From positions 1 to 45,313 of the IMG/VR virus record IMGVR_UViG_3300032253_000004: DNA of 45,313 nucleotides; one strand, given 5' to 3'. Source of the DNA: a virus. Its lineage: Duplodnaviria > Caudoviricetes. Positions 8,768 through 18,265 of this stretch are shown piece after piece; positions within the stretch are counted from its first letter, which is position 1, and the number at the start of each line of letters is the position of its first letter. Under the pieces are notes generated by a model, which saw nothing but the letters and a program-made list of their open reading frames with translations, ran no database searches and was not told the origin of the DNA. Position numbers and translations under genes: made by a program.

Positions 8768-9841
8768 ATGGCCTTCAACTTCCCCTTTACCTCTCGGGCT
8801 ATGACCCAGGAGGTTCGCAAATACCCCAAGCGTTATGGCCTGATCTCGGCCATGAATATCTTTCCGCTCGAACCCATCACTTCGACATTTGTTCAGGTGA
8901 CCAATGAAAACGGTGTACTGACAGTGGTTCCCGCTGCCGAACGCGGCGCGCCGGGGTCCAAGACCAAGCGCTCCCGCCAGGACATGAAAATCTTTCAGGT
9001 TCCGCATTTTCCGGTTGAGGACCAGATTTTGGCGTCCGACTTGCAGGATCGCAAAATCGTTGTTGGTGGACAGGAAATCGCGGCGAATCTGCCTGGTGAG
9101 CTTGCCAAGCGCGAGCATGAAGCAGCGCGCCGCCATGCGATCACGGCTGAGTATGTTCGCATGTCGGCGATGAAGGGTATCGTCAAGGATGGTGATGGGA
9201 CCACTTTGACCAATCTCTTCACGGACTTTGGCGTGACCCAGAAGTCAATCGACTTTGTTCTGGGGACGGCGGGCACCGATGTTCGGGCAAAAGACGAAGA
9301 GCTTCGCGCTCACATCGAAGACAATGTTCTCGGTGAGTCTGTGACCGGTGTGGAGTGTTTTGTCAGTTCGGAATTCTTCGGCAAGCTGATCGACCACGCC
9401 AAGATCAAGGCACTGTATGAAAGCTCGCCAGATGTGAAGGAATTGCGCGAATTCTACCGTCTGAAAACCGGTGGTATTTCGGGTCGGGTCTTCAACCCAT
9501 TTGGCGGTGTCACCTACATCGAATACCGGGGTTCAGCACCGCTGACGACAGGGTCGGAACGCTTCATCGCTGCCAACGAAGGCCATGCCATTCCGTCTGG
9601 TACGATGAATCTGTTCAGCACCTTTGGCGCCCCGGCGGACACGCTCGACGAAGTCAATGATGTTCCGTCCGTCACCGATATGGACCTTGAAGACGGCGTG
9701 GAGCAATTTGCGCTTCCGATTTTCATGTCTGCCGAACTGATGAAGCACGGCAAGGGCGTTGAGCTCTGGTCGGAAATGAACATCCTGCCCATCGCCAAAC
9801 AGCCCTACGGGGCGCTGGTGAAGGTTCTCACGTCCAACTAA
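8768..9841 (+). CDS. Major capsid protein (lambda gpE family)
   Basis: 357 aa; TAEYVRMSAMKG, NLFTDFG, APADT, SEMNILP motifs. Confidence 0.93.
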   Translation: MAFNFPFTSRAMTQEVRKYPKRYGLISAMNIFPLEPITSTFVQVTNENGVLTVVPAAERGAPGSKTKRSRQDMKIFQVPHFPVEDQILASDLQDRKIVVGGQEIAANLPGELAKREHEAARRHAITAEYVRMSAMKGIVKDGDGTTLTNLFTDFGVTQKSIDFVLGTAGTDVRAKDEELRAHIEDNVLGESVTGVECFVSSEFFGKLIDHAKIKALYESSPDVKELREFYRLKTGGISGRVFNPFGGVTYIEYRGSAPLTTGSERFIAANEGHAIPSGTMNLFSTFGAPADTLDEVNDVPSVTDMDLEDGVEQFALPIFMSAELMKHGKGVELWSEMNILPIAKQPYGALVKVLTSN

Positions 9842-9967
9842 CGCGAACGTCGTTCGCGCATGGCATATGCGCCGGGTCCTCGTGGCCCGGCGTACTTTTC
9901 ACTGGCCGCGCGTTCAGCCCGGTCAGCGATAAGTACGCCAACCAAAATCAGCGAAAGGAGGCCCGTC

Positions 9968-10420
9968 ATGGCCCGCAAATCAACCAACAAGAAATCCCAA
10001 TCGCCGCAAACCGAGTCCGATGACGACCTGCTGGCCAGTGCCGAAGCTGTCGCCGATGCGCCTGCGCTGGATGCCAACACAGACCCAGCCGCATCCGACC
10101 CGGTCGAACAGCCGGAATCAACTGAAGAAGCGTCGCCGACTGCCGAACCGGTCGCCGACGCGCCTGCGCTGGATGCTAACACAGACCCGGCCGCATCCGA
10201 ACCGGTCGAGCAGCCAGAATCAGCTGAAGAAACGACGCCCCCGGTCGAAGCTGCGTCTGCGCCAGCCACAGCCGCGCCCGCCGCAGCATCGGGTGTCGGA
10301 CAGTTCGAAATTCAGGATGGTGATGGGTGTGGTGAGCTGGGTGCGCCCGGTGACATCATCCACATGTCAAACACCCGCGCCGCGTCATTCCTGGACGATG
10401 GCCGGTTGGTCCGGGTTTAA
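9968..10420 (+). CDS. Acidic low-complexity protein with 34-aa tandem repeat
   Basis: AAGGAGG RBS, ATG 9968; located after MCP. Confidence 0.75.
   Translation: MARKSTNKKSQSPQTESDDDLLASAEAVADAPALDANTDPAASDPVEQPESTEEASPTAEPVADAPALDANTDPAASEPVEQPESAEETTPPVEAASAPATAAPAAASGVGQFEIQDGDGCGELGAPGDIIHMSNTRAASFLDDGRLVRV
10040..10243 (+). repeat. Two 102-bp in-frame tandem repeats
   Basis: AEAVADAPALDANTDPAASDPVEQPESTEEASPT / AEPVADAPALDANTDPAASEPVEQPESAEETTPP. Confidence 0.93.
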
Positions 10421-10425
10421 AATCC

Positions 10426-10761
10426 ATGTCAAAATTTGACGACCAAATCGCCAGTGCAGACACGGTCATTTACGATCAGTTTGGCGATGCGGCGTCATAC
10501 ACGCCGCCGGGCAGTGAGGCTGTGCCGTGCCGCGTCATCATCGATGACAAGACAGCGGTTTATGACATGGGCGGATCGGGGGGGCGAAGCCGCGTGTCGG
10601 GCCTTGTTGCCAGCCTGCTCGATGCGGTCATTGCCTCTCCAGAGCGCGGCGCGCAGATCCGGCCCACCGAAGGCAAATATTCCGGTCGGGTGCTGCAATA
10701 CTCCGCCGCGCCGGAGCTTGAAGCCGGAGAATGGACCGGGCCGGTCTCGGTCGTCGGCTAA
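10426..10761 (+). CDS. Head-tail joining protein (gpFII-like)
   Basis: Size, position and 'FGDAASYTPPG..VPCRVIID' pattern. Confidence 0.7.
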   Translation: MSKFDDQIASADTVIYDQFGDAASYTPPGSEAVPCRVIIDDKTAVYDMGGSGGRSRVSGLVASLLDAVIASPERGAQIRPTEGKYSGRVLQYSAAPELEAGEWTGPVSVVG

Positions 10762-11519
10762 TGGTGTCGCGCCGCGTTGAAAAGCTATTGGACGGCGAGG
10801 GGATGGGGCTCGCCCTGACGGGCGAATACCAGCTGGCTATTGATGAATCGATTGCCCTGTTCGAAGGCGCGGCTATGGCCGCCGCCGATGAATTGGCGAT
10901 CTGGGGCAAGGAGGCGTATCGCGCCGATGTGTCCCGAGCGCTCGGGGCCAGACTGGCCAAGACGATCCGTGATCAGGTATTTCCCGATCGTCGGGGCCAG
11001 ACATCGCTTGGGCCCAGTGTGGTTTGGCGGACCAATGCGCCGCACATCATCGATGCCTTTCGCGAGGCTCAAACCATCCGGTCCCGGTCTGGCCTGTTTC
11101 TCGCCATTCCGACTGAGGCGGCGCTGCAAATTCGCGCGCCGCGCGTAATCGGCAGCGATGGTCGCGTTCGCCGGGGGCGCTCGGCTCTGATCGGAGCGGT
11201 TGAAAACCGGTATGGGCGATTGCGTTTTGTTTATCGCAAGGGTGGCAAGCCCTCGCTTTTGGTTGCCGACAATGTCCGCACGACCCGGGCGGGAAAGTTT
11301 CGGGCCAATGTGACCCGGCGTCGCGATGGCACATCGCACAGCCGTCTCGCAGGCCGGATTGCGGTGGTCATGTTCATTCTTGTGCCCGAAGTACGCACCC
11401 GCAAATTGCTTGGCCTGGATGGCGTGTCGGATCAGATCGCGGCGCGCGGCTTTGAGGTATTCGCTCGGGCCTTCACCGATGTGGTGCGCCGGGATTTTGC
11501 CAGCGGAGACAATGCGTAA
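10761..11519 (+). CDS. Basic neck/tail completion protein (DUF6441-like)
   Basis: FLAIPT, LRFVYRKGGKPSLLVAD, MFILVPEV motifs typical of alphaproteobacterial phage neck genes. Confidence 0.65.
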   Translation: MVSRRVEKLLDGEGMGLALTGEYQLAIDESIALFEGAAMAAADELAIWGKEAYRADVSRALGARLAKTIRDQVFPDRRGQTSLGPSVVWRTNAPHIIDAFREAQTIRSRSGLFLAIPTEAALQIRAPRVIGSDGRVRRGRSALIGAVENRYGRLRFVYRKGGKPSLLVADNVRTTRAGKFRANVTRRRDGTSHSRLAGRIAVVMFILVPEVRTRKLLGLDGVSDQIAARGFEVFARAFTDVVRRDFASGDNA

Positions 11520-11971
11520 TGAGCCAGGCCGTCACAGATCTCAAAACCGTGCGGGCCGCTTTGTTGGCGTTTGTCGAAGCGTCCATCGCGGGCGTGGAGG
11601 GCGCGCCAAATGTTGAGCGCGACGATCCCAGCCTCGACGTACCGACGAACGGCGTTCGCGTCATGCTGTCGGTGCGTCGGGTAGTGAAAAACCCATACCC
11701 CGTAATGACCCTGTGCGAGGTCACTGCCCACTTTTCCGTGGCCATTCAGAAAATAGCCCTGTCCGCGAGTGAGCGTGAAGCCGTGGTTGACGCGATCCGC
11801 GAGGCGATTGGTGACGCGGTGGGAAAACAGTGTTGGTTGCCTGATTATTTGGGGCTCGTGGAGCCCGGTGATCTGACGATCGAAACCGACGCTGTGGTTG
11901 ATGCCGAGCCGGAGCATCTTCAGATCATCGCGCTGACCGTGATGTTCCTGTCCACCCGGCCGAATGGCTAA
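11519..11971 (+). CDS. Putative tail terminator
   Basis: 150 aa, upstream of the tail tube gene; translationally coupled (TAATG). Confidence 0.55.
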   Translation: MSQAVTDLKTVRAALLAFVEASIAGVEGAPNVERDDPSLDVPTNGVRVMLSVRRVVKNPYPVMTLCEVTAHFSVAIQKIALSASEREAVVDAIREAIGDAVGKQCWLPDYLGLVEPGDLTIETDAVVDAEPEHLQIIALTVMFLSTRPNG

Positions 11972-12005
11972 TCCGGTCCACCCGGCCAAATAAGGAGATG
12001 CTCAG

Positions 12006-12224
12006 ATGAGCGATAAATCCAGAACCAATTCTACGCCCGCCGCGGACGATCAAGGTGAGGCTAAGGCTTCGCCGCGCAAGGAGGTCACCGCGCCCTATGT
12101 GCTGACCGAGGATGTGGACGGAATTGGCCCCAAGGGCCGGATCGTCAAGCGCACGCCCAGTGCCGCCAAGGCGCTACCCTGCCGCAAGGCCAAGCCGCGC
12201 GACCTTGCGATCGCGCAGGGCTGA
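12006..12224 (+). CDS. Small hypothetical protein
   Basis: AAGGAG RBS; 72 aa. Confidence 0.65.
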   Translation: MSDKSRTNSTPAADDQGEAKASPRKEVTAPYVLTEDVDGIGPKGRIVKRTPSAAKALPCRKAKPRDLAIAQG

Positions 12225-12262
12225 AACGCCTGTTCATTTGTCGCTAAAAAGGGAAATGCCCC

Positions 12263-13264
12263 ATGTCCAATCACACCGGCCGTCAGGCCATCATGCACCG
12301 CCTGGGCCAGCTGGCTCATGGCACTGTTGCGGCGGGCGATTATGTTCCGGTCGCTTACAACATTCCGTTTGACCCCGAGCGCAATCACCCTCTGGTCGAT
12401 AACCCGCAGGTCAATCACGGGCTCAATAATTCGCGCGATGCGCAGGCCCCGGCTGAAGGCCTGATCGACGGCAAGGTATCGGGCCTGTCTGTGCCGCTAT
12501 GCTTTAATGCCATGGGTTATTGGCTGCGCGATATCTTCGGCGATCATGTCGACGCCGGTGCGGGGCCCTACACCCACACCTTCACATCGGGCGATGGTGA
12601 TGTTCGCGCGGCCACGCTGGTTTGGGCCGAGGCGTCGGGACATCGCGTGATGAATTCATTTGCCGCCAGCCGGATGGAAATCGCCTTCGGTCAGGAGGCC
12701 GGGTTCCGGCCGGTGAAATTCTCCGGCATGGCGGTAGATATCACCAAGGATGCCTCGGTCGATATCGGTACGCCTATTTCCGAATTGGCGCAGGTTCAGG
12801 CGCCGGGCTCGGTGTGCGGCATTCGATATGATGGCACCGAGGTCGCGCGTGTTCTGGGCGGATCATCGGTTTTTGAACGCAAGCTCGTCGAAAACCGCTT
12901 TGCCAAGGTTGATACCAAGCTGGCTTCGGGATTTGATGCCGATGAAAGCAGCTTTACCGGCGATCTCGAATTGCGCGTCATCGATGACACTTTCTATGAT
13001 CTGGCGCGCGCCGCTCACACGGCGGGCGGCGTGGATCCGTGGGAGTTTGAATGGCGGTTTGACCCGGCGGTCAGTACCAATAACAAGCTGGTGATGGCGG
13101 TCGCCGGTCTGCGCCTGATCCCGGCAGAGCGCGGTATTCAATCGGCGGGGGTGCGTTCGGAACGCTACCGCTTCCGTTGTGAGCAGACCGCTGCCGCGCC
13201 CATGATCACCGCAACCCTGACCAATTCCATTGCCAGCTATGCGGCCGGCGTGGAGACAGCCTGA
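12263..13264 (+). CDS. Tail tube (major tail) protein
   Basis: 333 aa; GYWLRDIFG, PYTHTFTSG, ITATLTNSIASY motifs; position. Confidence 0.85.
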   Translation: MSNHTGRQAIMHRLGQLAHGTVAAGDYVPVAYNIPFDPERNHPLVDNPQVNHGLNNSRDAQAPAEGLIDGKVSGLSVPLCFNAMGYWLRDIFGDHVDAGAGPYTHTFTSGDGDVRAATLVWAEASGHRVMNSFAASRMEIAFGQEAGFRPVKFSGMAVDITKDASVDIGTPISELAQVQAPGSVCGIRYDGTEVARVLGGSSVFERKLVENRFAKVDTKLASGFDADESSFTGDLELRVIDDTFYDLARAAHTAGGVDPWEFEWRFDPAVSTNNKLVMAVAGLRLIPAERGIQSAGVRSERYRFRCEQTAAAPMITATLTNSIASYAAGVETA

Positions 13265-13842
13265 TGACACTTCTTCATACGCAGGTTGATACCGAAGCAT
13301 TCTGGATCGACCTGCCGGGGCTTGCCGATGCAAAAACCGGCGCGGTGCCGCGTGTCAAAACTTATCCCTGGTCAAATGCGGCGCAAATGGCGGCCAAAAC
13401 ATCGGCCGTCTTGGCTTTGCCGATCAAGGGCGAACAGGAACTTGAAGAGGTTTGGCGTGCGCGCATGGAAGGAGCGTTGCGCGATCTGGGTTATGGGCCT
13501 TTGCTGAAGCTTGGCGTCGCAGCGGCGTCTGCGGCTGCGCTCGATGATCTGACGCGCAAGGCATTGGCGCGAGCCTTGATTCTGGAATTCGATGGTTTGC
13601 ACGCCAACAACGCGAAAACGCCGCTTGATGCCAGCATTGATATTCATGTCGGGGCCTTTATGGCCAATGCGTATGCGGAATCGACCTGGCGACGCGAAAC
13701 ACAGCGCCGGGCCAATGGAGTGATGCAAGAGGGAAACGGATCAGGGCCGTCGTCGAATGGCGAATCCGCGAAGGCGGCCGGATCTGCGCAGACTGCAAAC
13801 TCAGGGGCGATGGATGCGCCCAGCCCGGAGGCCGGGGACTAA
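13264..13842 (+). CDS. Tail assembly chaperone (gpG-like)
   Basis: Between tube and tape measure; contains in-frame slippery G GGA AAC at 13731-13737. Confidence 0.8.
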   Translation: MTLLHTQVDTEAFWIDLPGLADAKTGAVPRVKTYPWSNAAQMAAKTSAVLALPIKGEQELEEVWRARMEGALRDLGYGPLLKLGVAAASAAALDDLTRKALARALILEFDGLHANNAKTPLDASIDIHVGAFMANAYAESTWRRETQRRANGVMQEGNGSGPSSNGESAKAAGSAQTANSGAMDAPSPEAGD

Positions 13843-14081
13843 AGGACGTTCGTTGCCCCGAGCAGGAGTCAGCGCCACAAACTATCGAAGGTGTTCTGAT
13901 GGCCGATCTGGCCGTTCAGCCGGGCGTCTGGAAATACCATTTTGGCGGTGTGGGTGGGTTGGCGACAGCCGATCTGCTGGCGCGCCTTCCCCCTCATGCC
14001 GATCGCGGCGCCTGCCTGGCCCTGCTTCCCTATGCGGAGGCGGGCTTGCTGGCCGGTGTTCGCAGACCGGATAACAGCTAG
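13731..14081 (+). CDS. Tail assembly chaperone -1 frameshift extension (gpT-like)
   Basis: The -1 frame is open from the slippery site to TAG 14081 and includes ORF 13899..14081. Confidence 0.75.
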   Translation, partial: GKRIRAVVEWRIREGGRICADCKLRGDGCAQPGGRGLKDVRCPEQESAPQTIEGVLMADLAVQPGVWKYHFGGVGGLATADLLARLPPHADRGACLALLPYAEAGLLAGVRRPDNS

Positions 14082-14093
14082 GCGATATTTTCC

Positions 14094-16607
14094 ATGGCTT
14101 CACGCACGATTAACGCCACGATCATGCGCTATGACACGCGTGATCAGGAAAAATGGCGTCGCCAGTTCAAGGCGCTAGGGCCGGACTCCGAGGCTGTGTT
14201 TGACAAGATGACGCGCGCTTCGCGTCCGGCCAATGACAATCTCAAAGCGGTTGATGTCACGGTTGGCGAGCTCAAGGGTGGCGTGTCGCAGCTGACGAAC
14301 CAGCTCGGCCCGTTCGGCCGCATACTGCAATCGCTCGGCCCGATCGGCGCGGCCGTTGCGGTCACGCTTGGCGTTGTGACGGCTGCCGCGATCGGTTTGT
14401 TTAATGCGGTCAAGGATGCCCGCCAGGCCGGTGCATTTGCCGATGATCTGCAGCGTATATCCGACGCGTCCGGCGTGTCGGCGTTGCGCATGCTGGAATG
14501 GCGCGATGCCATCGCCTTGGCGGGCGGAGAATTGGCCTCTGCGGACCGAACCATTGAGGAATTTTACAAGCGGATTGGCGAGTTTCGCGGTTTCGGCACC
14601 GGCGAGGCCCGCGAGGGTCTGGCTTTGCTGGGTCTCGATGATGATGTCCGCGAAGGCCTGGTCGAAACCGGGGATTTGCTGACCCTGGTGGTTGATCGCC
14701 TGGCCGAGATTGATGACCCGGATCTGCGCTTGTCGATCGCGGACAAGATGGGCTTGCGCGATGCCGCGCCTCTTCTGGCGCAGGGCGCGGCCGGCATCGC
14801 TGATATTCGCACCCAGCTGACGGGTCTGACCCAGGAGTTGAGCGACGCCGATATCGAACGCTTTGCCGAGCTGGAACGCCAGATCGCGCTGGTCGAACGC
14901 CAGATTGAGCGAACGAACGTGGCCATGCGCGGCGAATTGCTGCCGCTCGCGCGGATGTGGTCTGATTTTAAGCTCGGCTTTGCTCGCGACATGGCCGATA
15001 CATTCGGCCGGTTTCAAAGTCTGGATGCGCGCACCGAAGCCGTCCTGGAACGGCGCATCGTACAATTACAGGCGCGCATTGCCAGTAATCAGGAGTTGCT
15101 GGAACGCTTTCCAACAAACCTGGCGCTGTCGCAATCGATTGAACGCGATCTGGGCCGTCTTGAAGAAATTATGCGCGAACAGGGCCGTCGTGCTCGCCGC
15201 GCCTATCTGGACGGATTTCAATGGCGCGGGCCTTTAGCCGACCCCGAACAGGCCATTATCACGCCGGACCCGGACTCGTCGGGTGGGGGTTCGGATACGG
15301 CGACTTTGGCCGATCAACAGGCCGCACAGACGCGACTGGCCGCTGCGATGCAGGCCGCGCGCACACCCGCTGAACGCCTGGCCGAAGCGGCACGCCAGCT
15401 TCGCGAAGACTATGCCAGTTTAACTGACGAACAGCGCGCGTCGCTTGGCATCACCGAGGCCTGGATTGCCCGCGCCATCGCCGCGCAGCGTGTCACGCTC
15501 GGCCTGGCCGATGCGACATCCCAGCTAAGCCGAGCCGAGCGCGACAAGCGCCATGCGGCCGAGGCGGCCACCGCCGCTGCGCAGGCCTGGGCGGCGATTG
15601 CCGAGCGTAATATCACCGTTGAGGCCGAAGCGGCGCAGCGCATCAAGGATGTCAATGAGGCGCTGCGTGAGCGTTTGGTCTTTCTCGAACAGATGCCGGA
15701 CGGCGCTGTGCGGGCGGCCTCTATTGCCGAGGCCGAGGCGGCGGCCGGAGCTGAAATCAAGCGGACTACAGCCGCCTTGCAGGCGCGCGCCGAGGCGATG
15801 CGTGCGGGCAGTGCAGCCAACGCCGATCAACTGGCGCTCGAAGAGCTGAAGCTCGACATTATGAACCGCGTAATCGATGTCGAGGGGTCAATGGCCGAGC
15901 GCCGCCGACAGCTCAACACTCTGGTTGAGGCCGGGACCATCCATCAGGCGAAGGCTAATCAGGAATTGGCCAATTATCACCGCGAATTGCTGGCCCTGGA
16001 CGCCGACGCCCAGGGTTTTTCCGGGCTGGCCAAGTTGATGCGCGATTCAGACGATTTGCGCGGGGCGCTGGACAATGTCGCCGTCGGTGCCTTCGGCGAC
16101 ATGTCACGCGGCCTGGTTGATCTGGTGCGCGATTTTGACAATGCGGGGCAGGCGGCCTCACGCTTTTTCGAAAACCTGGTCGCGGGCCTGCTGGAATTGG
16201 CGGTTCAGCAAGCCATTATCGGCCCTCTGGCCTCGGCTCTGTCGGGGTTTCTGGGCGGATTGTTTCCGCAAACCGCAGCGGCCGGCGCCGATGGAGGGTT
16301 TAACTTCCAGTTTGGCGGTCCCGATGCGCCGCCGCTGTTTTCCAGTGACGCGGCGGATGCCGCGTTTGCGGCTAGCCGGTCAGACAAGCGCCCACCTCCG
16401 CCGCCGGGCGATATCAGTGTGAATTTGAACAATGCGCCGGCGGGGACGGAGGCATCGGCAACCGCACAGCGCAATGGCGATGGCAGTGTGAGTATCGATG
16501 TCATGTTTGACAAACAGATCACGCGCTCGGCCAGTCAGGGACAATTGGGAAAAATTCTCAAATCGCGCGGTGTGGGCAAGTCTGTGACCCGGCGCGGCGG
16601 TTTGTGA
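14094..16607 (+). CDS. Tape measure protein
   Basis: 837 aa, Ala/Leu/Glu/Arg-rich helical protein; follows the chaperones. Confidence 0.92.
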   Translation: MASRTINATIMRYDTRDQEKWRRQFKALGPDSEAVFDKMTRASRPANDNLKAVDVTVGELKGGVSQLTNQLGPFGRILQSLGPIGAAVAVTLGVVTAAAIGLFNAVKDARQAGAFADDLQRISDASGVSALRMLEWRDAIALAGGELASADRTIEEFYKRIGEFRGFGTGEAREGLALLGLDDDVREGLVETGDLLTLVVDRLAEIDDPDLRLSIADKMGLRDAAPLLAQGAAGIADIRTQLTGLTQELSDADIERFAELERQIALVERQIERTNVAMRGELLPLARMWSDFKLGFARDMADTFGRFQSLDARTEAVLERRIVQLQARIASNQELLERFPTNLALSQSIERDLGRLEEIMREQGRRARRAYLDGFQWRGPLADPEQAIITPDPDSSGGGSDTATLADQQAAQTRLAAAMQAARTPAERLAEAARQLREDYASLTDEQRASLGITEAWIARAIAAQRVTLGLADATSQLSRAERDKRHAAEAATAAAQAWAAIAERNITVEAEAAQRIKDVNEALRERLVFLEQMPDGAVRAASIAEAEAAAGAEIKRTTAALQARAEAMRAGSAANADQLALEELKLDIMNRVIDVEGSMAERRRQLNTLVEAGTIHQAKANQELANYHRELLALDADAQGFSGLAKLMRDSDDLRGALDNVAVGAFGDMSRGLVDLVRDFDNAGQAASRFFENLVAGLLELAVQQAIIGPLASALSGFLGGLFPQTAAAGADGGFNFQFGGPDAPPLFSSDAADAAFAASRSDKRPPPPPGDISVNLNNAPAGTEASATAQRNGDGSVSIDVMFDKQITRSASQGQLGKILKSRGVGKSVTRRGGL

Positions 16608-16608
16608 T

Positions 16609-17349
16609 ATGGCCTCGCCACAATTTCCGTCCATCCGGAAGACGATGGACCGCGCGGGTTATCGCATCAAACCGCCGCGACTGGTTCGCCGCGTGCCGCG
16701 TGAGCGCGGCCCGGATCGGTTTCGCGCGATCGCGGCGCGCGGGGCCTGGCTGGTGTCGGGGCGCTTTACCTGGACGGCAGCCGAGCTGGCGCTGTTTGAA
16801 GCGTTCTGGGTCGATGATCTTCAGCAGGGCAATCTGGCTTTTGAGGATTTGCCGCGTCCGCATGACGGCGCTGATGGCAAGGTGCGCTTTAATGCCCAGA
16901 ACGCCTTTGCAATTGTGCGTGCCGGCGCGGACGTCCAGGTCGGGTTTGAAGATATTGAGTTCTGGTCTCCGCCGGCGACCGATGCCGGCGCGGCGACAAC
17001 GGTCTGGCCGGCGATCAATGCCGATATGGACTTTGACGGTTTTAACAATGCGCGCGTCAGCGGTACCGAGCGCGGCGATCTCGCCGGCTTTAACGCGCAG
17101 CGCAATATTTCCGACGCGAACGGCGTTCGCCTTGTCGGGCTGTTCAAGTTCACCGACGCCGAATTCGGGCTGTTTCAGTCCTTTTTTGCTCACCCTTTGG
17201 TTCATGGCGCCCTGGCCTTCACCGGCCTGCCCCGGCCGGACACAGGCGCAGCAGGTCGCGCGCGCTTTGATCCGGATAATCCCTGGGAAGCCGAGCGCGT
17301 GGCGTCCGGCTATCGCGTCGCAGCCGCGATCGAGTTTTTTGAGGACTGA
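16609..17349 (+). CDS. Distal tail protein (gpM/Dit-like), internally duplicated
   Basis: Immediately after the tape measure gene; two homologous halves of about 120 aa. Confidence 0.7.
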   Translation: MASPQFPSIRKTMDRAGYRIKPPRLVRRVPRERGPDRFRAIAARGAWLVSGRFTWTAAELALFEAFWVDDLQQGNLAFEDLPRPHDGADGKVRFNAQNAFAIVRAGADVQVGFEDIEFWSPPATDAGAATTVWPAINADMDFDGFNNARVSGTERGDLAGFNAQRNISDANGVRLVGLFKFTDAEFGLFQSFFAHPLVHGALAFTGLPRPDTGAAGRARFDPDNPWEAERVASGYRVAAAIEFFED

Positions 17350-17355
17350 CACACT

Positions 17356-17871
17356 ATGCCAACCCACGCGCTTCACGCCGCCGAGGCGGCCGAAGAATCC
17401 GGCAAGGTCTATGCCTGGCTGGTCACGATCACGCATGCCGCCCTGGCCCAGACGATCCGGGCCGTTTATGCCGAACCGGCGGCGGTCGGGTTTGATCCCG
17501 ATGCGCCGGCGCCGGTCATTCTCAACTCGCGCGGCGAGGATTTTACGCTTTATCCCTTCGTGTTCCGCCGGCCATCGCAAAGCGATGATTTGGTCGCTTC
17601 GGCCATGCTGGCCATCCAGAATGTCGATCAGAGCATCGTCACGCAATTGCGTGCCGCGCAAGCCGTTTCCGCTGAACCGCCGCAAGTGTCGGTGGAAAAG
17701 ATCGATCTGGCCGATCCGGACGTCGTCGAGGAAAGTTATGTCGGGTTTGATTTTACCAGCGGGGATTACGGCGCGCGCGATGTAACCGGGGCGCTGTCTG
17801 TCCCGGATCTGTCGACCGAACCCTATCCCTACCAGACCTTCACCTTGAGCGCCTTTCCCGGCCTGGTCTGA
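17356..17871 (+). CDS. Minor tail protein (DUF1833/gpL-like)
   Basis: LVTITH, LAIQNVDQSI, EPYPYQTFT..FPGL motifs. Confidence 0.8.
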   Translation: MPTHALHAAEAAEESGKVYAWLVTITHAALAQTIRAVYAEPAAVGFDPDAPAPVILNSRGEDFTLYPFVFRRPSQSDDLVASAMLAIQNVDQSIVTQLRAAQAVSAEPPQVSVEKIDLADPDVVEESYVGFDFTSGDYGARDVTGALSVPDLSTEPYPYQTFTLSAFPGLV

Positions 17872-17872
17872 T

Positions 17873-18265
17873 ATGGACTGGACGCGGCGTTATCTCGCCA
17901 TTCCGCACATCAAAACCCGGTCCGGCTTTGATGGCGCGGATTGTTTTGGTCTGTGCCAACTGATCTGGCGCGTAGAGCGAGGCCGCGAATTGCCGCCGGC
18001 CCTGCCATACACTGAAACCGGGCCGGCGGCGCGTGATCATCTGACCGAATGCGTCGACCAGGGCCGCTCGGGATATCGATCCATCGAAGCGGCCGAGCCC
18101 TTTGCGCTGATCGTGTTTCATCTGGGCGGCTATCCGATTCATATCGGCCTGGCCGTCGATGAAGCGAATTTCATCCATACGACACGCACAACCGGTGTGT
18201 TGCTTGAAGACTTAACCAGTCCCGCCTGGTCGAAGCGGATTGAGGGTTTTTATGTCCCCCATTGA
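17873..18265 (+). CDS. NlpC/P60 tail tip protein (gpK-like)
   Basis: GADCFGL (catalytic Cys), HIGL, FIH motifs. Confidence 0.88.
   Translation: MDWTRRYLAIPHIKTRSGFDGADCFGLCQLIWRVERGRELPPALPYTETGPAARDHLTECVDQGRSGYRSIEAAEPFALIVFHLGGYPIHIGLAVDEANFIHTTRTTGVLLEDLTSPAWSKRIEGFYVPH

Noticed and set aside
10040-10243. CRISPR-like or regulatory repeat array
   Set aside because: Only two adjacent in-frame units with mostly third-position differences and no spacers
16604-17785. 393-aa plus-strand ORF after the tape measure gene (and its 375-aa antisense counterpart)
   Set aside because: Arg/Pro/Ser-rich shadow frames of high-GC DNA overlapping two recognisable tail genes
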